NCBI GenBank assembly: GCA_017409405.1
Contig: JAFQSU010000007.1
Location: forward strand, 20,767-84,766
DNA: 64,000 nt
Direction of reading: 5' to 3'
Source of the DNA: Oscillospiraceae bacterium
GTDB taxonomy: Bacteria; Bacillota; Clostridia; Oscillospirales; JAAYXM01
In this document: piece by piece, positions 1 to 10,894 of the stretch
Position numbering within the stretch: the stretch's first letter is position 1
Layout of the letters: every line of letters begins with the position of its first letter
The notes under the pieces: generated by a model
The model's input: only the letters and a program-made list of their open reading frames with translations
Told to the model about the DNA's origin: nothing
The model's database searches: none
Translations under genes and position numbers: made by a program

Positions 1-10
1 GCTCGACTCA

Positions 11-1159
11 ATGACACAGGCAAAACGTGAGGAGGAAGACGACTTCCTCAAAGGCTTTTACTCGGTCGCAGATCGCCCCAAAGAGGAAACGCCCACAAGT
101 GCGTACTTACAAACAATCCGCCAGAACATGCAGACCGCCTACAAGCCCGGCGATTGGCTGAGAAGCACCATGACGAAGCCTAACCTGTGGAACGCCAAAA
201 ACACAGACCTCTCTCCGCAGAAGGTCAATTACGCTTCAAACATAAACGCACGCACGGGAGAAAACCGTGATGAATACGACTCCCGTATCCGACAGCAATA
301 TGCGGCAAGAAGGCAGGCAGAGGAAGATGCGAAAAGTATTCTGTCAACACAACAAAAACAAGTGCCAACGGTATATTTACATGCCAAACAACAAGTACCA
401 ACAGTATATTTCCACGCAACCCCCGAACCACTTCAATCCGGCACGGAAGACGACTTCAAGAGCTTCAGTCATTTGAGCGAAGGTGGAGTTATCAATGCCG
501 CAAATCAAAAAGCTGACGAAATTATTAATGATGCGTTTAGGTTAAAACGAAACTGGTTTTATGACAGCTATACGGACGGGACATCTCCATACGATGTAAG
601 CGAATTGAAAAATGCCGAATACAAAGTAAAAAAAGCAGAAAGCCTTTCCGAACTTGAGACCCTTGCAAGAAATATTATATCCAAAGGAATTGAGTATAAA
701 ATTGGGGTTTTGAGCGGAGAAAAGCCCATATCAAAAAAAGATTTGGGAACTATTTTAAGCGAGATCCCCAAACAACTCTTTGAAGATTATGTCGAAGAGC
801 AAGTCATAAAAACTCGTGGGGTTGATGATTTGATCAACTCGGTTGCTCCTAAAATAACACTGCAAGGACTTAAGAATGCACAAGATTATTACGAGTATAT
901 AAATGAAAGTAATTCTAAGTATCTTGTCAAAGGAAAACGAGAGCGTGAATTGTTCGTTTCTCGTCTTCGTGATGAGCTTGACAAAATCGAAAAGACTGAG
1001 AAATTCGGTTTTCTGCCACAGGAAGACAGTAATAATTTTAAAAAAGTACTCATAGATAGATTGAAAAATATCATATTTTTAAATGAAAATTATGAGTATC
1101 AGATGCAAAATGCGAATGAAAAATGGCAACAAATTAAAAGCAGCTATACAAGAAAATGA
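11..1159 (+). CDS. hypothetical protein (frame is open to the window edge; may be 5'-truncated)
   Basis: 382-aa ORF with no family recognised. Nt 2-10 are in frame without a stop. GC drops sharply after about nt 480. A hairpin terminator follows. Confidence 0.5.
   Translation: MTQAKREEEDDFLKGFYSVADRPKEETPTSAYLQTIRQNMQTAYKPGDWLRSTMTKPNLWNAKNTDLSPQKVNYASNINARTGENRDEYDSRIRQQYAARRQAEEDAKSILSTQQKQVPTVYLHAKQQVPTVYFHATPEPLQSGTEDDFKSFSHLSEGGVINAANQKADEIINDAFRLKRNWFYDSYTDGTSPYDVSELKNAEYKVKKAESLSELETLARNIISKGIEYKIGVLSGEKPISKKDLGTILSEIPKQLFEDYVEEQVIKTRGVDDLINSVAPKITLQGLKNAQDYYEYINESNSKYLVKGKRERELFVSRLRDELDKIEKTEKFGFLPQEDSNNFKKVLIDRLKNIIFLNENYEYQMQNANEKWQQIKSSYTRK
359..424 (+). repeat. imperfect 2 x 33-bp in-frame tandem duplication inside the first ORF
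   Basis: caagtgccaacggtatatttacatgccaaacaa / caagtaccaacagtatatttccacgcaacc, encoding QVPTVYLHAKQ / QVPTVYFHAT. Confidence 0.8.
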
Positions 1160-1189
1160 GGTAACTCCCCCATAACGCAGCCTTGCAAG

Positions 1190-1230
1190 CAACCACCTCT
1201 GTTGTATTTGCAGAGGTGGTTGTTTTCTTG
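1190..1230 (+). terminator. rho-independent terminator of the first ORF
   Basis: 12-bp perfect stem CAACCACCTCTG / CAGAGGTGGTTG with an 8-nt loop, followed by TTTTCTT. Confidence 0.8.
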
Positions 1231-1257
1231 CATATTTTATATATTTTCTGACTTGTA

Positions 1258-1986
1258 TTATTCAGAAGAAGTGTTTATTGGATTGCAAACCTTTTCATAA
1301 TAATTACTCAATTCTATAAAGGAATATATGTAGGAATATAAAATTAAAATTGTACTTGAAAATACAGCGTTCAGAATAGAACTTATAATATGGAAAGAAA
1401 TAACGTCAAAAATTGACTCCGCTATTGTTGTTAAGACAGTAATTGCCGTTGTAATAATCAAATTAATCAAAAAAATCTTTACATACAGCCAAATATTTTT
1501 TCCTGCCCGAACAGTGAAGTCCTCCGAGTTTTTAAGAAATGCGTCAAGAGCTCTGCATTCATCCTTTATTATGCGAATAACAGCAAACTTGATGACTATA
1601 GACAATATCATAATTACAAAGTTATAAATTGACTTTGCCGACGTAAAGTGCGAATTATAATATGGAGGAAAAACTACGGAAAAAACAAACGTCACCAGCC
1701 CCGTTGCTGCTATATATATAACGGCTAACAAAAGAAATGTCCTCAGATTTTTCTTAAAACACTCTATGGGATTTTTTTTATATATTGTAGCAAAACACGG
1801 TATCCACACGAAAAACAATTCTAACAACGAAAAGGTAACTTTGTAAAACAACGGCAAATAAAACTCACTTATTTGTACAGCATACGAAATCAAATAGAGA
1901 ACAACTGCCGATATTATCACCGGAATATATTTTTTTATATCAACAACCATCGTTCGGAATGAATTTTTTACAATTTGCCATGCCAT
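1258..1986 (-). CDS. multi-pass integral membrane protein, unknown family
   Basis: ORF 1258..2103 trimmed to the ATG at 1986 (MAWQIVKN...), which lies 9 nt after AAGGAG. Several long hydrophobic segments, very AT-rich. Own TTGACA-17-TATACT promoter. Confidence 0.6.
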   Translation of the reverse strand: MAWQIVKNSFRTMVVDIKKYIPVIISAVVLYLISYAVQISEFYLPLFYKVTFSLLELFFVWIPCFATIYKKNPIECFKKNLRTFLLLAVIYIAATGLVTFVFSVVFPPYYNSHFTSAKSIYNFVIMILSIVIKFAVIRIIKDECRALDAFLKNSEDFTVRAGKNIWLYVKIFLINLIITTAITVLTTIAESIFDVISFHIISSILNAVFSSTILILYSYIYSFIELSNYYEKVCNPINTSSE

Positions 1987-2010
1987 AAGTCTCATCTCCT
2001 TATAATTAAG

Positions 2011-2039
2011 AGTATACGGCGGCAAAAAGCATTTGTCAA
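2011..2039 (-). promoter_or_regulatory. sigma-A-type promoter for the membrane protein gene
   Basis: Minus strand TTGACA (2039-2034), 17-nt spacer, TATACT (2016-2011). Confidence 0.6.
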
Positions 2040-2105
2040 CAACAAGACACGTAAAGCAGGCTTTGTGGGAGCCCTTTCTTTGTGCGATAACGAAGAATCT
2101 CAATA

Positions 2106-2140
2106 CAGCAAAAAACGTTCAGGAAATTTTCCTGAACGTT
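2106..2140 (-). terminator. rho-independent terminator after jag (symmetric; could act on both strands)
   Basis: AACGTTCAGGA / TCCTGAACGTT stem flanked by an A-run and a T-run, starting 6 nt after the jag stop. Confidence 0.8.
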
Positions 2141-2146
2141 TTTCTT

Positions 2147-2893
2147 TTAATATCTTCTTCTCGGGGGACGGGCATCGGGACCTGTGTAGTTTATAACTAC
2201 GCGGCGGTTAGGCTCGACACCGACGGATGATGTGGAGATGTTCTCCATATCCTGAAGTGCGACATGAACGATGTGGCGCTCATAAGCGTTCATCGGCTCA
2301 AGTGCCTTATTTCTCTTATACTTGATTGCCTGATTTGCTGCGCGCTGTGCAAACTTTTCAAGAGATTCTTCTCTCTTTGCACGGTAGTTTTCAGCGTCAA
2401 GCATTATTCTTGTCTTGCCCTCGCTCTTTCTGTTTACGACGAGGTTTGTAAGATGCTGGAGCGCATCAAGGGTTTCACCGCGGCGACCGATTATTCCGCC
2501 GAGATGCTCACCGACGATTTCAAGAGAAAGTGTGCCTTCCTCTCCTTCCTTCTGCTCGACATGGGCATCAGTGCAGATGTAGCTAAGAACCTTTGTAAGA
2601 AACTCTGCCGCATCGCCCTCTGCAGGCTTTCCGGAAGCCTTCTTCTTTCCCTTTACGGGTGCGGCCTCCTTCTTCGGCTTTTCCTTCTTCTCGGGAGCCT
2701 TCGGAACCTCACCGTTCTCGCCGAGAACAGTCATAAGGATTTTTGCCGGAGCTGAACCGATACCGAGAAAGCCGGATTTCGGATTTTCAAGAACTTCAAC
2801 CGTAACGTCTTCACGCTCAACACCGAGTTCAAGAAGACCCTTTTCTATTGCACTGTCTATTGTTTTTGCGCAAATCTCAATGCTGTTTGCCAT
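2147..2893 (-). CDS. jag: Jag/KhpB RNA-binding protein (Jag_N, KH, R3H)
   Basis: N-terminal Jag_N-like MANSIEICAKTIDSAIEKGLLELGV..., Lys-rich linker, C-terminal KH/R3H region (GRRGETLDALQHL..., NAYERHIVH). Conserved position next to yidC. Confidence 0.9.
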   Translation of the reverse strand: MANSIEICAKTIDSAIEKGLLELGVEREDVTVEVLENPKSGFLGIGSAPAKILMTVLGENGEVPKAPEKKEKPKKEAAPVKGKKKASGKPAEGDAAEFLTKVLSYICTDAHVEQKEGEEGTLSLEIVGEHLGGIIGRRGETLDALQHLTNLVVNRKSEGKTRIMLDAENYRAKREESLEKFAQRAANQAIKYKRNKALEPMNAYERHIVHVALQDMENISTSSVGVEPNRRVVINYTGPDARPPRRRY

Positions 2894-2900
2894 TATCTAC

Positions 2901-3761
2901 TCATTCCTCCTGAGATTTATTTGCTTTGTTTTTATAGTATGCTGTGAGAAGCGGCTCCTGTATAGCCGAAAGAATGTTGCTTATAATCCAGTAAAGACCG
3001 AGACCTGCAGGAACCATGAACGCAATCCATACAGACATGAGCGGCATCATAAGATTCATCATGCCGTTTGTTGCGGCTGCCTGCTCTGTCATTGGCTTGC
3101 CCTGACCCTTTCTGATAAACAGATTGGATATCCAAGCCGTAACTCCTGAAAGAACGGGAATTACCCAAAGCGGAGTTATGTACTTGAAGTTCGGGATAGC
3201 GGCAAGGTCAATACCGAGGAAGGTAAAGTCAACGTTTGCGATATTCGGAGCGATTTCTGCAACAATTTCGCGGAAACTTGCGATGTACGATGCAACACTT
3301 ATCTGGAGCATATAGTTTGACCCTGAAGCAACACCCTGCGGAATGCCGGCAGCACCGGCTGTACGGAAAGCATCGGCAAGAGCGTTAATCTGGTCGGGTG
3401 TTATGTCGAAAATATAAGTGAGCGGCTGACGGAGAACGGAATAGAGACCGAACATAATCGGGAGCGTAATGAGCATCGGAAGACATCCGCCGAACATTGA
3501 AACGCCTTCCTTTTTATAAAGCTTCTGTACCTCTATTGAATAGCGTTCTTTGTCGTCCTTGTACTTCTTTTCAAGCTCGGCAAGCTTCGGCTGAATGCGC
3601 TGCATTTCCATCATGCCTTTTTTGCTCTTCATCTGGAAGGGCAGCATAACAAGCTTTGCGAGAACCGTGAAAAGAATAATTGCGAGACCGTAGTTGCCTA
3701 AAAGATAGTAACATTGCTTTAAAAGCCAACCGAACGGCTCAACTATCAATGCAGTATACAT
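2901..3761 (-). CDS. yidC: membrane protein insertase YidC/SpoIIIJ
   Basis: 286 aa, multi-TM, YidC/Oxa1-like sequence. Synteny rnpA-yidD-yidC-jag. Confidence 0.93.
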   Translation of the reverse strand: MYTALIVEPFGWLLKQCYYLLGNYGLAIILFTVLAKLVMLPFQMKSKKGMMEMQRIQPKLAELEKKYKDDKERYSIEVQKLYKKEGVSMFGGCLPMLITLPIMFGLYSVLRQPLTYIFDITPDQINALADAFRTAGAAGIPQGVASGSNYMLQISVASYIASFREIVAEIAPNIANVDFTFLGIDLAAIPNFKYITPLWVIPVLSGVTAWISNLFIRKGQGKPMTEQAAATNGMMNLMMPLMSVWIAFMVPAGLGLYWIISNILSAIQEPLLTAYYKNKANKSQEE

Positions 3762-3786
3762 AGGTTACCCCTTTCGTAAACCCTGC

Positions 3787-3999
3787 TTAAGGAACAGGGT
3801 CATATCCGCTTTTTTTAGAAAACGGGTGGCAGCGTAAAATCCTGCGAAGAGCAAGAAACCCACCCTTTGCGCAGCCGTATTTTTCAATCGCTTCAAGTGC
3901 GTACTGCGAGCAAGTCGGAGTAAACCGACAGCAGGACGGCTTATTGGGCGATACGGCGCGTCTGTAAAGCTTGATTAAAAATATGAAAAGACTCTTCAT
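3787..3999 (-). CDS. yidD: membrane protein insertion efficiency factor YidD
   Basis: 70 aa, conserved [15 protein letters not shown] and RCHPF motifs. Confidence 0.93.
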   Translation of the reverse strand: MKSLFIFLIKLYRRAVSPNKPSCCRFTPTCSQYALEAIEKYGCAKGGFLALRRILRCHPFSKKSGYDPVP

Positions 4000-4343
4000 T
4001 CCTGCTCCTCCGAAAGCAACCCCAATCTTGCGGAAAGCTCGAGCAGGTTCTTTTCAATCTCACGAAAAGAAGCCTTTGCGGCACGGACACGAGAAACAAT
4101 GATGATATCATAGCCCGGCAGAAAGCTTTTTTCGTTTATCCGATACGCCTCGCGGATGCGGCGGCGCACGCGATTGCGTACAACGGCCTTGCCGACCTTT
4201 GTACTGACCGTAATACCTATACGGTTTGAGGGTTTTTTGTTTTTCCTCGCATAAAGCGCGAGGACAGGCGAAACAGAGCTTTTGCCCCGTTTATAGATAA
4301 GCCTGAAATCCTTGTTTTTTTTGACAGACACCGTGTTTTTCAT
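3996..4343 (-). CDS. rnpA: ribonuclease P protein component
   Basis: 115 aa basic protein with RNR-type motif ([13 protein letters not shown]). 4-nt overlap with yidD, downstream of rpmH. Confidence 0.93.
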   Translation of the reverse strand: MKNTVSVKKNKDFRLIYKRGKSSVSPVLALYARKNKKPSNRIGITVSTKVGKAVVRNRVRRRIREAYRINEKSFLPGYDIIIVSRVRAAKASFREIEKNLLELSARLGLLSEEQE

Positions 4344-4462
4344 AAAATTTCTCCAATAAAAAGAAAAAGCCCGGACGGGAAGAAGCTTCCTGCGGCGTCG
4401 TGAGCTAAATCTTTTTGCGGAGCGGAAACATCTTTTTTCCTTCCGCTCCGTGTTATTCTGAC

Positions 4463-4597
4463 TTAGTGGGTAAGCCTGTTTCTGCCCTTAGCGCGACGTG
4501 CTGATAAAACCTTGCGGCCGTTACGTGTTGCCATTCTCTTACGGAAACCGTGAACCTTAGAGCAATGAAGCTTTTTCGGCTGATAAGTACGTACCAT
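4463..4597 (-). CDS. rpmH: 50S ribosomal protein L34
   Basis: Hand translation of the minus strand gives [49 protein letters not shown] lies 8 nt upstream. Too short for the ORF track, whose 70-aa ORF here is in another frame. Confidence 0.95.
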   Translation of the reverse strand: MVRTYQPKKLHCSKVHGFRKRMATRNGRKVLSARRAKGRNRLTH

Positions 4598-4663
4598 TTC
4601 TTTACACCTCCGATATAAAAATTCATGCGGAAAACCGCACCATTCGATACAGTGTCATCAAAC

Positions 4664-4693
4664 ATTATAAAATAAACAGGTGCAAAATGTCAA
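4664..4693 (-). promoter_or_regulatory. candidate rpmH promoter, divergent from dnaA
   Basis: Minus strand TTGACA, 18-nt spacer, TATAAT. Confidence 0.5.
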
Positions 4694-4775
4694 CAGTTTT
4701 TTTGTTTTTTTATAAAAAAGCAGGATTGAGCCTTAAATTTTTTCTATATATATAAATATATATATGTAAATTCTG

Positions 4776-4804
4776 TTTACAAAAATTCATTTTTCTGCTA
4801 TAAT
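4776..4804 (+). promoter_or_regulatory. candidate dnaA promoter
   Basis: TTTACA (4776-4781), 17-nt spacer, TATAAT (4799-4804). Preceded by a pure A/T tract tatatatataaatatatatat. Confidence 0.6.
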
Positions 4805-4839
4805 CATTACAGTAAAAATATAGTGGGGGAATTTGACTT

Positions 4840-6147
4840 ATGAACAACGCTGCCGATATCTGGAAGAGCGTTTTACGTATTCTCAGAGAACAGTTTGAAA
4901 TGAGTGAAATCACGCTTCAGACGTGGTTTGAAGACATCCGTGCTTCCGAGCTTCGTGACAACATCCTCGTCCTTGTCACTCCTGCGGAATTTAAAAAGAA
5001 TGTCATTCTCACTCATCACACACAAAAAATCAACGATGCTCTTTTTGCTCTGTTTTCCGTTCCGATGAGCTTTGAGCTTTACACAACCGAAGAGTTTGAG
5101 GGCTCTCTTGCGCCGATAATTCCCGACTTTTCAAATTATGAAGAATATTCTTTTGAAAAGTTCATTGTCGGCTCTTCAAACAAGTTTGCCCATGCCGCCG
5201 CAAAGGCCGTTGCCTCCGCTCCCGGCAAAACCTATAATCCGCTTCTCATTCACGGCGGCTCGGGACTTGGCAAAACCCATCTTCTCTACGCCATTGCAGG
5301 CACAATCAAAAAGAACAACCCTAAAGCAAAAATCACTTATATCAAAAGCGAGGATTTCACAAACGAGCTTGTTTCCTCCATCCAGAGCGGCACCTTACCT
5401 CAGTTTCGTGAAAAATACCGAAGCTCAGACATTCTCCTTGTTGACGATATCCAGTTCATAGCCGGCAAGGAAAGCACGCAGGAAGAGTTTTTCCATACCT
5501 TCAATGCCCTTCATGAGGCACACCGTCAGATAGTTCTCACGTCTGACCGTCCGCCCAAGGAAATGGCAAAGCTTGAAGAACGTCTCAAAACCCGTTTTGA
5601 ATGGGGTCTTCTTGCTGATATCGAACCGCCTGATTTTGAAACAAGAATGGCAATCGTCAGCTTAAAGGCACAGCTTATAGGTCTTAACCTTACCACAGAG
5701 CAGAAGGAGCTTATCGCAAATAACGTAACGGCAAATGTCCGTCAGCTTGAGGGCGCCGTACATAAGCTTCTTGCCTACCGTGACCTTCTTCAGGACGTTG
5801 ACGGGCTTCAGGCGGCAGAACGTGCCATACGCGATATTTTCGCCGAAAACCCGTGGATTAACCCGACCCCTGAATTTATTATCAAGGCGGTTGCGAAATA
5901 CTTTGAAATCGACCCCGAAGAAATCATCGGCAAGGACCGCTCTTCAAAAATGGTTGAGCCGAGAAAAATTGCGATGTATATGGTGCGCGACATGACTCAC
6001 GAATCCTATCCCAAGATGGGAAAGGTCTTCAACCGTGACCACGCAACCGTTAAATACTCCGTCGATTCTCTTGAAGAACAGCTCAAGACCGATGCGGTGC
6101 TTCGTGAAAAAATTCAGGACGTTAAAAACTCGGTTCTTACACCGTAG
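4840..6147 (+). CDS. dnaA: chromosomal replication initiator DnaA
   Basis: 435 aa. Walker A GGSGLGKTHL, DDIQF box, C-terminal DNA-binding domain (DHATVKYS). Confidence 0.98.
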   Translation: MNNAADIWKSVLRILREQFEMSEITLQTWFEDIRASELRDNILVLVTPAEFKKNVILTHHTQKINDALFALFSVPMSFELYTTEEFEGSLAPIIPDFSNYEEYSFEKFIVGSSNKFAHAAAKAVASAPGKTYNPLLIHGGSGLGKTHLLYAIAGTIKKNNPKAKITYIKSEDFTNELVSSIQSGTLPQFREKYRSSDILLVDDIQFIAGKESTQEEFFHTFNALHEAHRQIVLTSDRPPKEMAKLEERLKTRFEWGLLADIEPPDFETRMAIVSLKAQLIGLNLTTEQKELIANNVTANVRQLEGAVHKLLAYRDLLQDVDGLQAAERAIRDIFAENPWINPTPEFIIKAVAKYFEIDPEEIIGKDRSSKMVEPRKIAMYMVRDMTHESYPKMGKVFNRDHATVKYSVDSLEEQLKTDAVLREKIQDVKNSVLTP

Positions 6148-6367
6148 AGAAGTTAACAGTTATCCTGTTGAATACACAGTGAAAACCTGTTGAAAAATAT
6201 TTATCAACAAATATCCTGTCAATAACCCAAAATTTATCAACAGCTTCCTTTGGACGGATTTTTCCTTATTTTTCAACGCTTAAACATAGTTTTCCACAAA
6301 TTCCACAGGCTCTACTACTATTACTAAATTATTATTATATTCTTTTTAAATAAAAAATATTCCTGTT
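6148..6367 (+). other. oriC segment: DnaA-box cluster, GC clamp, trinucleotide repeats and AT-rich unwinding element
   Basis: Same-orientation DnaA-box variants: TTATCCTGT 6160, TTATCAACA 6201, ATATCCTGT 6211, TTATCAACA 6234, TTTTCCACA 6290, AATTCCACA 6299. These are followed by GGCTC and then in-phase TAC TAC TAT TAC TAA ATT ATT ATT, with A/T-rich sequence to 6367. Confidence 0.7.
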
Positions 6368-6385
6368 ATGAAAGGAAAGTTGAAA

Positions 6386-7495
6386 ATGAAATTTGTCTGT
6401 GAAAAATCTCACCTCATCTCAGCTATTGCAAAAACCTCATGGGCAGTAGCGGCAAAAAGCTCAGTTCCCGTTATGGAGGGTATCCTCATCAACTGCGGTG
6501 CAGAGCTCACTCTCACGGGATATGACCTCTCTACCGGTATCCGTGTTACTGTTCCTGCCGATATTCAGGAGCAGGGCGTTATCGTAGTAAACGCCAAAAT
6601 CTTTTCCGATATCATAAGACTTCTTCCGGACGAGCCGGTCACGTTTTCTACCGACGAAAACATGTTTGCAACCGTTACATGCAAAAACGTCCGTCATGAT
6701 GTAGTATGCCTTTCGGCAAAGGACTTCCCCTCACTTCCCGATATTGAGAAAAAATATTTCCTTTCTCTCCGCCAGGGAGATCTTAAAAAGATGATTTCTC
6801 AGACTATTTTCGCTATAAGCGGTGATGAATCCAAGCCCGTTCATACAGGCTCTCTCTTTGATGTCAACGGGGATAAGCTCACCGTTGTTTCGGTTGACGG
6901 CTTCCGTCTTTCCTACAGAAACGCAGAAATTGAAAACGAAAGCGAAGAAAAAGAATTTAGCTTCGTTGTTCCCGGTTCAACTCTCAAAGAGGTTGAAAAG
7001 CTCTGCAGTGAGTCTGACGAGCCTGCATCAATCTGCGTCGGTAAAAAGCATATTATCTTCAACCTCGGCGATTCAATGATTATTTCAAGAATCCTTGAGG
7101 GCGACTTCCTGAATTATAAAAACGCTGTTCCTAAAAGCGGTTCATTTAAGGTTCGTGTAAACCGCCGTGACCTTATAACTACCATTGAGCGTGTTTCCAT
7201 TCTCATAAGCGAAAGAATAAAAAACCCGATTCATTTAAACTTTACCGAAAAAACTCTTTTCATAAGCTGTCGCACACCTGTCGGCAGCTCAAAGGATGAA
7301 TGTGCCCTTTTAAACCGCGGAGAAACTCTTGAAATCGGCTTTAACCACAAATACATTCTCGATGCTCTTCGCGCATGTCCCGATGATGAGGTTGATCTTG
7401 AGCTTAACACCCACGTTGCTCCGATTGTCATAACTCCTCCCGAGGGCAGTGACTATCTCCACCTTATTCTTCCGGTCCGTTTAAAGGCAGAATAA
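6386..7495 (+). CDS. dnaN: DNA polymerase III beta sliding clamp
   Basis: ORF 6368..7495 trimmed to the ATG at 6386 (MKFVCEK...) after GAAAGGAAAG. Typical three-domain length of 369 aa. Confidence 0.95.
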   Translation: MKFVCEKSHLISAIAKTSWAVAAKSSVPVMEGILINCGAELTLTGYDLSTGIRVTVPADIQEQGVIVVNAKIFSDIIRLLPDEPVTFSTDENMFATVTCKNVRHDVVCLSAKDFPSLPDIEKKYFLSLRQGDLKKMISQTIFAISGDESKPVHTGSLFDVNGDKLTVVSVDGFRLSYRNAEIENESEEKEFSFVVPGSTLKEVEKLCSESDEPASICVGKKHIIFNLGDSMIISRILEGDFLNYKNAVPKSGSFKVRVNRRDLITTIERVSILISERIKNPIHLNFTEKTLFISCRTPVGSSKDECALLNRGETLEIGFNHKYILDALRACPDDEVDLELNTHVAPIVITPPEGSDYLHLILPVRLKAE

Positions 7496-7496
7496 A

Positions 7497-8606
7497 ATGA
7501 TTATAAAAAAGCTCACTCTTAAAAATTTCAGAAATTACGATTTTGCCGAGCTTGAATTTTCAGATTCCCGTAACCTGTTTTTCGGAGAAAATGCGCAGGG
7601 AAAAACAAATCTTTTAGAGGCTGTTTTTTATCTGTCATGTCTTAAAACCTTTCGCGGCTCAAGGGACAGCGATGTTATAAAAACGGGCTGCAGTGAAGCT
7701 TCCATAAAAGGAATTTTTGACTGCTACGGAAGAAAAATTGAGGTCTTTTGCGAAATAACACGGACAGGACGTAAGCTTTTTGTAAACGGCATCCGTGAGA
7801 TGCGTCCGTCCGACCATATAGGCCTTATAAAAACAGTTTCCTTTTCCCCCGATGACCTTCAGCTCATAAAAGAAGGTCCGGCAGAAAGACGAAGATTTAT
7901 GAATATTTCCGTTTCACAGCTGCGCCCGGGATATATAAAAGCACTGCACGAGCACAACAAAATTATAGAAAACAAGCGAAAAATTTTAAAGATGGAAGAA
8001 GAAAGAGCTTCATATCTTGATTTTTACGATGTTTTAAACGAAAAGCTTGCAAAAGTTTCGGCATACCTCACTCTTGAAAGAGGAAGGTTTCTTAAAAATA
8101 TTGAAGAGACGGCAAACAGAGTAGAGGCTCAGATTTCCGGCGGTCGTGAAGAATTAAAAATAGTATATAATCACGACAGCGCCATAGAGGATGTTTTTGA
8201 TGAAGAAAACAAAGCAAGGATTTATGAGCATCTCAAAAAAAGAAAAGAAGCAGAGCTTGCATCCGGGATGTGCCTTGTCGGCTCTCATCGGGACGACTTC
8301 ACGGTCTATATAAACGGAAAGTCGGCACGCGATTTTGCATCTCAGGGTCAGATTCGCTCTGCCGTTCTTGCAATAAAGGTTGCAGAACATGAAATAACTG
8401 AAAAAGACTCGGGCGAAAAACCTATTTTTCTCCTTGATGATGTTTTAAGTGAGCTTGACCCCACGCGCCGAAGCTTCTTATTAAATGATATAGGGCGTGG
8501 ACAGACGATAATAACGGGGTGTGACCCCAGTATGTTTTCTGAGCTTTCTCACGGCAGAATATTTACAATTTCCGGCGGTGAAATAGCAAATAAAACAGAA
8601 AATTAA
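7497..8606 (+). CDS. recF: DNA replication/repair protein RecF
   Basis: 369 aa. Walker A GENAQGKTNLLEA and signature/Walker B region near LLDDVLSELD. Confidence 0.96.
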   Translation: MIIKKLTLKNFRNYDFAELEFSDSRNLFFGENAQGKTNLLEAVFYLSCLKTFRGSRDSDVIKTGCSEASIKGIFDCYGRKIEVFCEITRTGRKLFVNGIREMRPSDHIGLIKTVSFSPDDLQLIKEGPAERRRFMNISVSQLRPGYIKALHEHNKIIENKRKILKMEEERASYLDFYDVLNEKLAKVSAYLTLERGRFLKNIEETANRVEAQISGGREELKIVYNHDSAIEDVFDEENKARIYEHLKKRKEAELASGMCLVGSHRDDFTVYINGKSARDFASQGQIRSAVLAIKVAEHEITEKDSGEKPIFLLDDVLSELDPTRRSFLLNDIGRGQTIITGCDPSMFSELSHGRIFTISGGEIANKTEN

Positions 8607-8617
8607 AGGAGGAATTT

Positions 8618-8878
8618 ATGTTTCTTCACATAGGACGAGGCAGTCTTATTCCAAAATCGTGTATCATCGGGGTTTTTGACCTTGAAATCACGTCTCAGTC
8701 AAAACGGACAAAAAGCTTTCTTGCTAAAAAGGAAAAGGCAAACCACGTTATAAACGTGTGCGACGATATTCCGCGTTCATTCATCGTCTGCCGTGACGGC
8801 AACCGTGAGCGCGTATATATTTCTCAGATATCTCCGCAGACGCTCCAGAAGCGCTGTGACGATCTGATACAGGAATAA
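8618..8878 (+). CDS. remB: DUF370 protein (RemB/YaaB-like)
   Basis: 86 aa. MFLHIGRGSLIPKSCIIGVFD and YISQISPQTLQKR resemble B. subtilis YaaB. Conserved recF-yaaB-gyrB position. Confidence 0.7.
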   Translation: MFLHIGRGSLIPKSCIIGVFDLEITSQSKRTKSFLAKKEKANHVINVCDDIPRSFIVCRDGNRERVYISQISPQTLQKRCDDLIQE

Positions 8879-8905
8879 TCAATAAAAACCGGAGGTTTAA
8901 AATAA

Positions 8906-10840
<1,935 letters not shown>

Positions 10841-10894
10841 ATTTCGATGAAGGCAAATTACTCAAAATATATTTCACAGTGAGGTAAATCACCT

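Noticed and set aside
4453-4665. 70-aa minus-strand ORF from the track ([16 protein letters not shown]...)
   Set aside because: It is in the wrong frame. The same DNA in another frame encodes a textbook 44-aa ribosomal protein L34 (4463-4597) with a GGAGG SD. The 70-aa product has no recognisable features.
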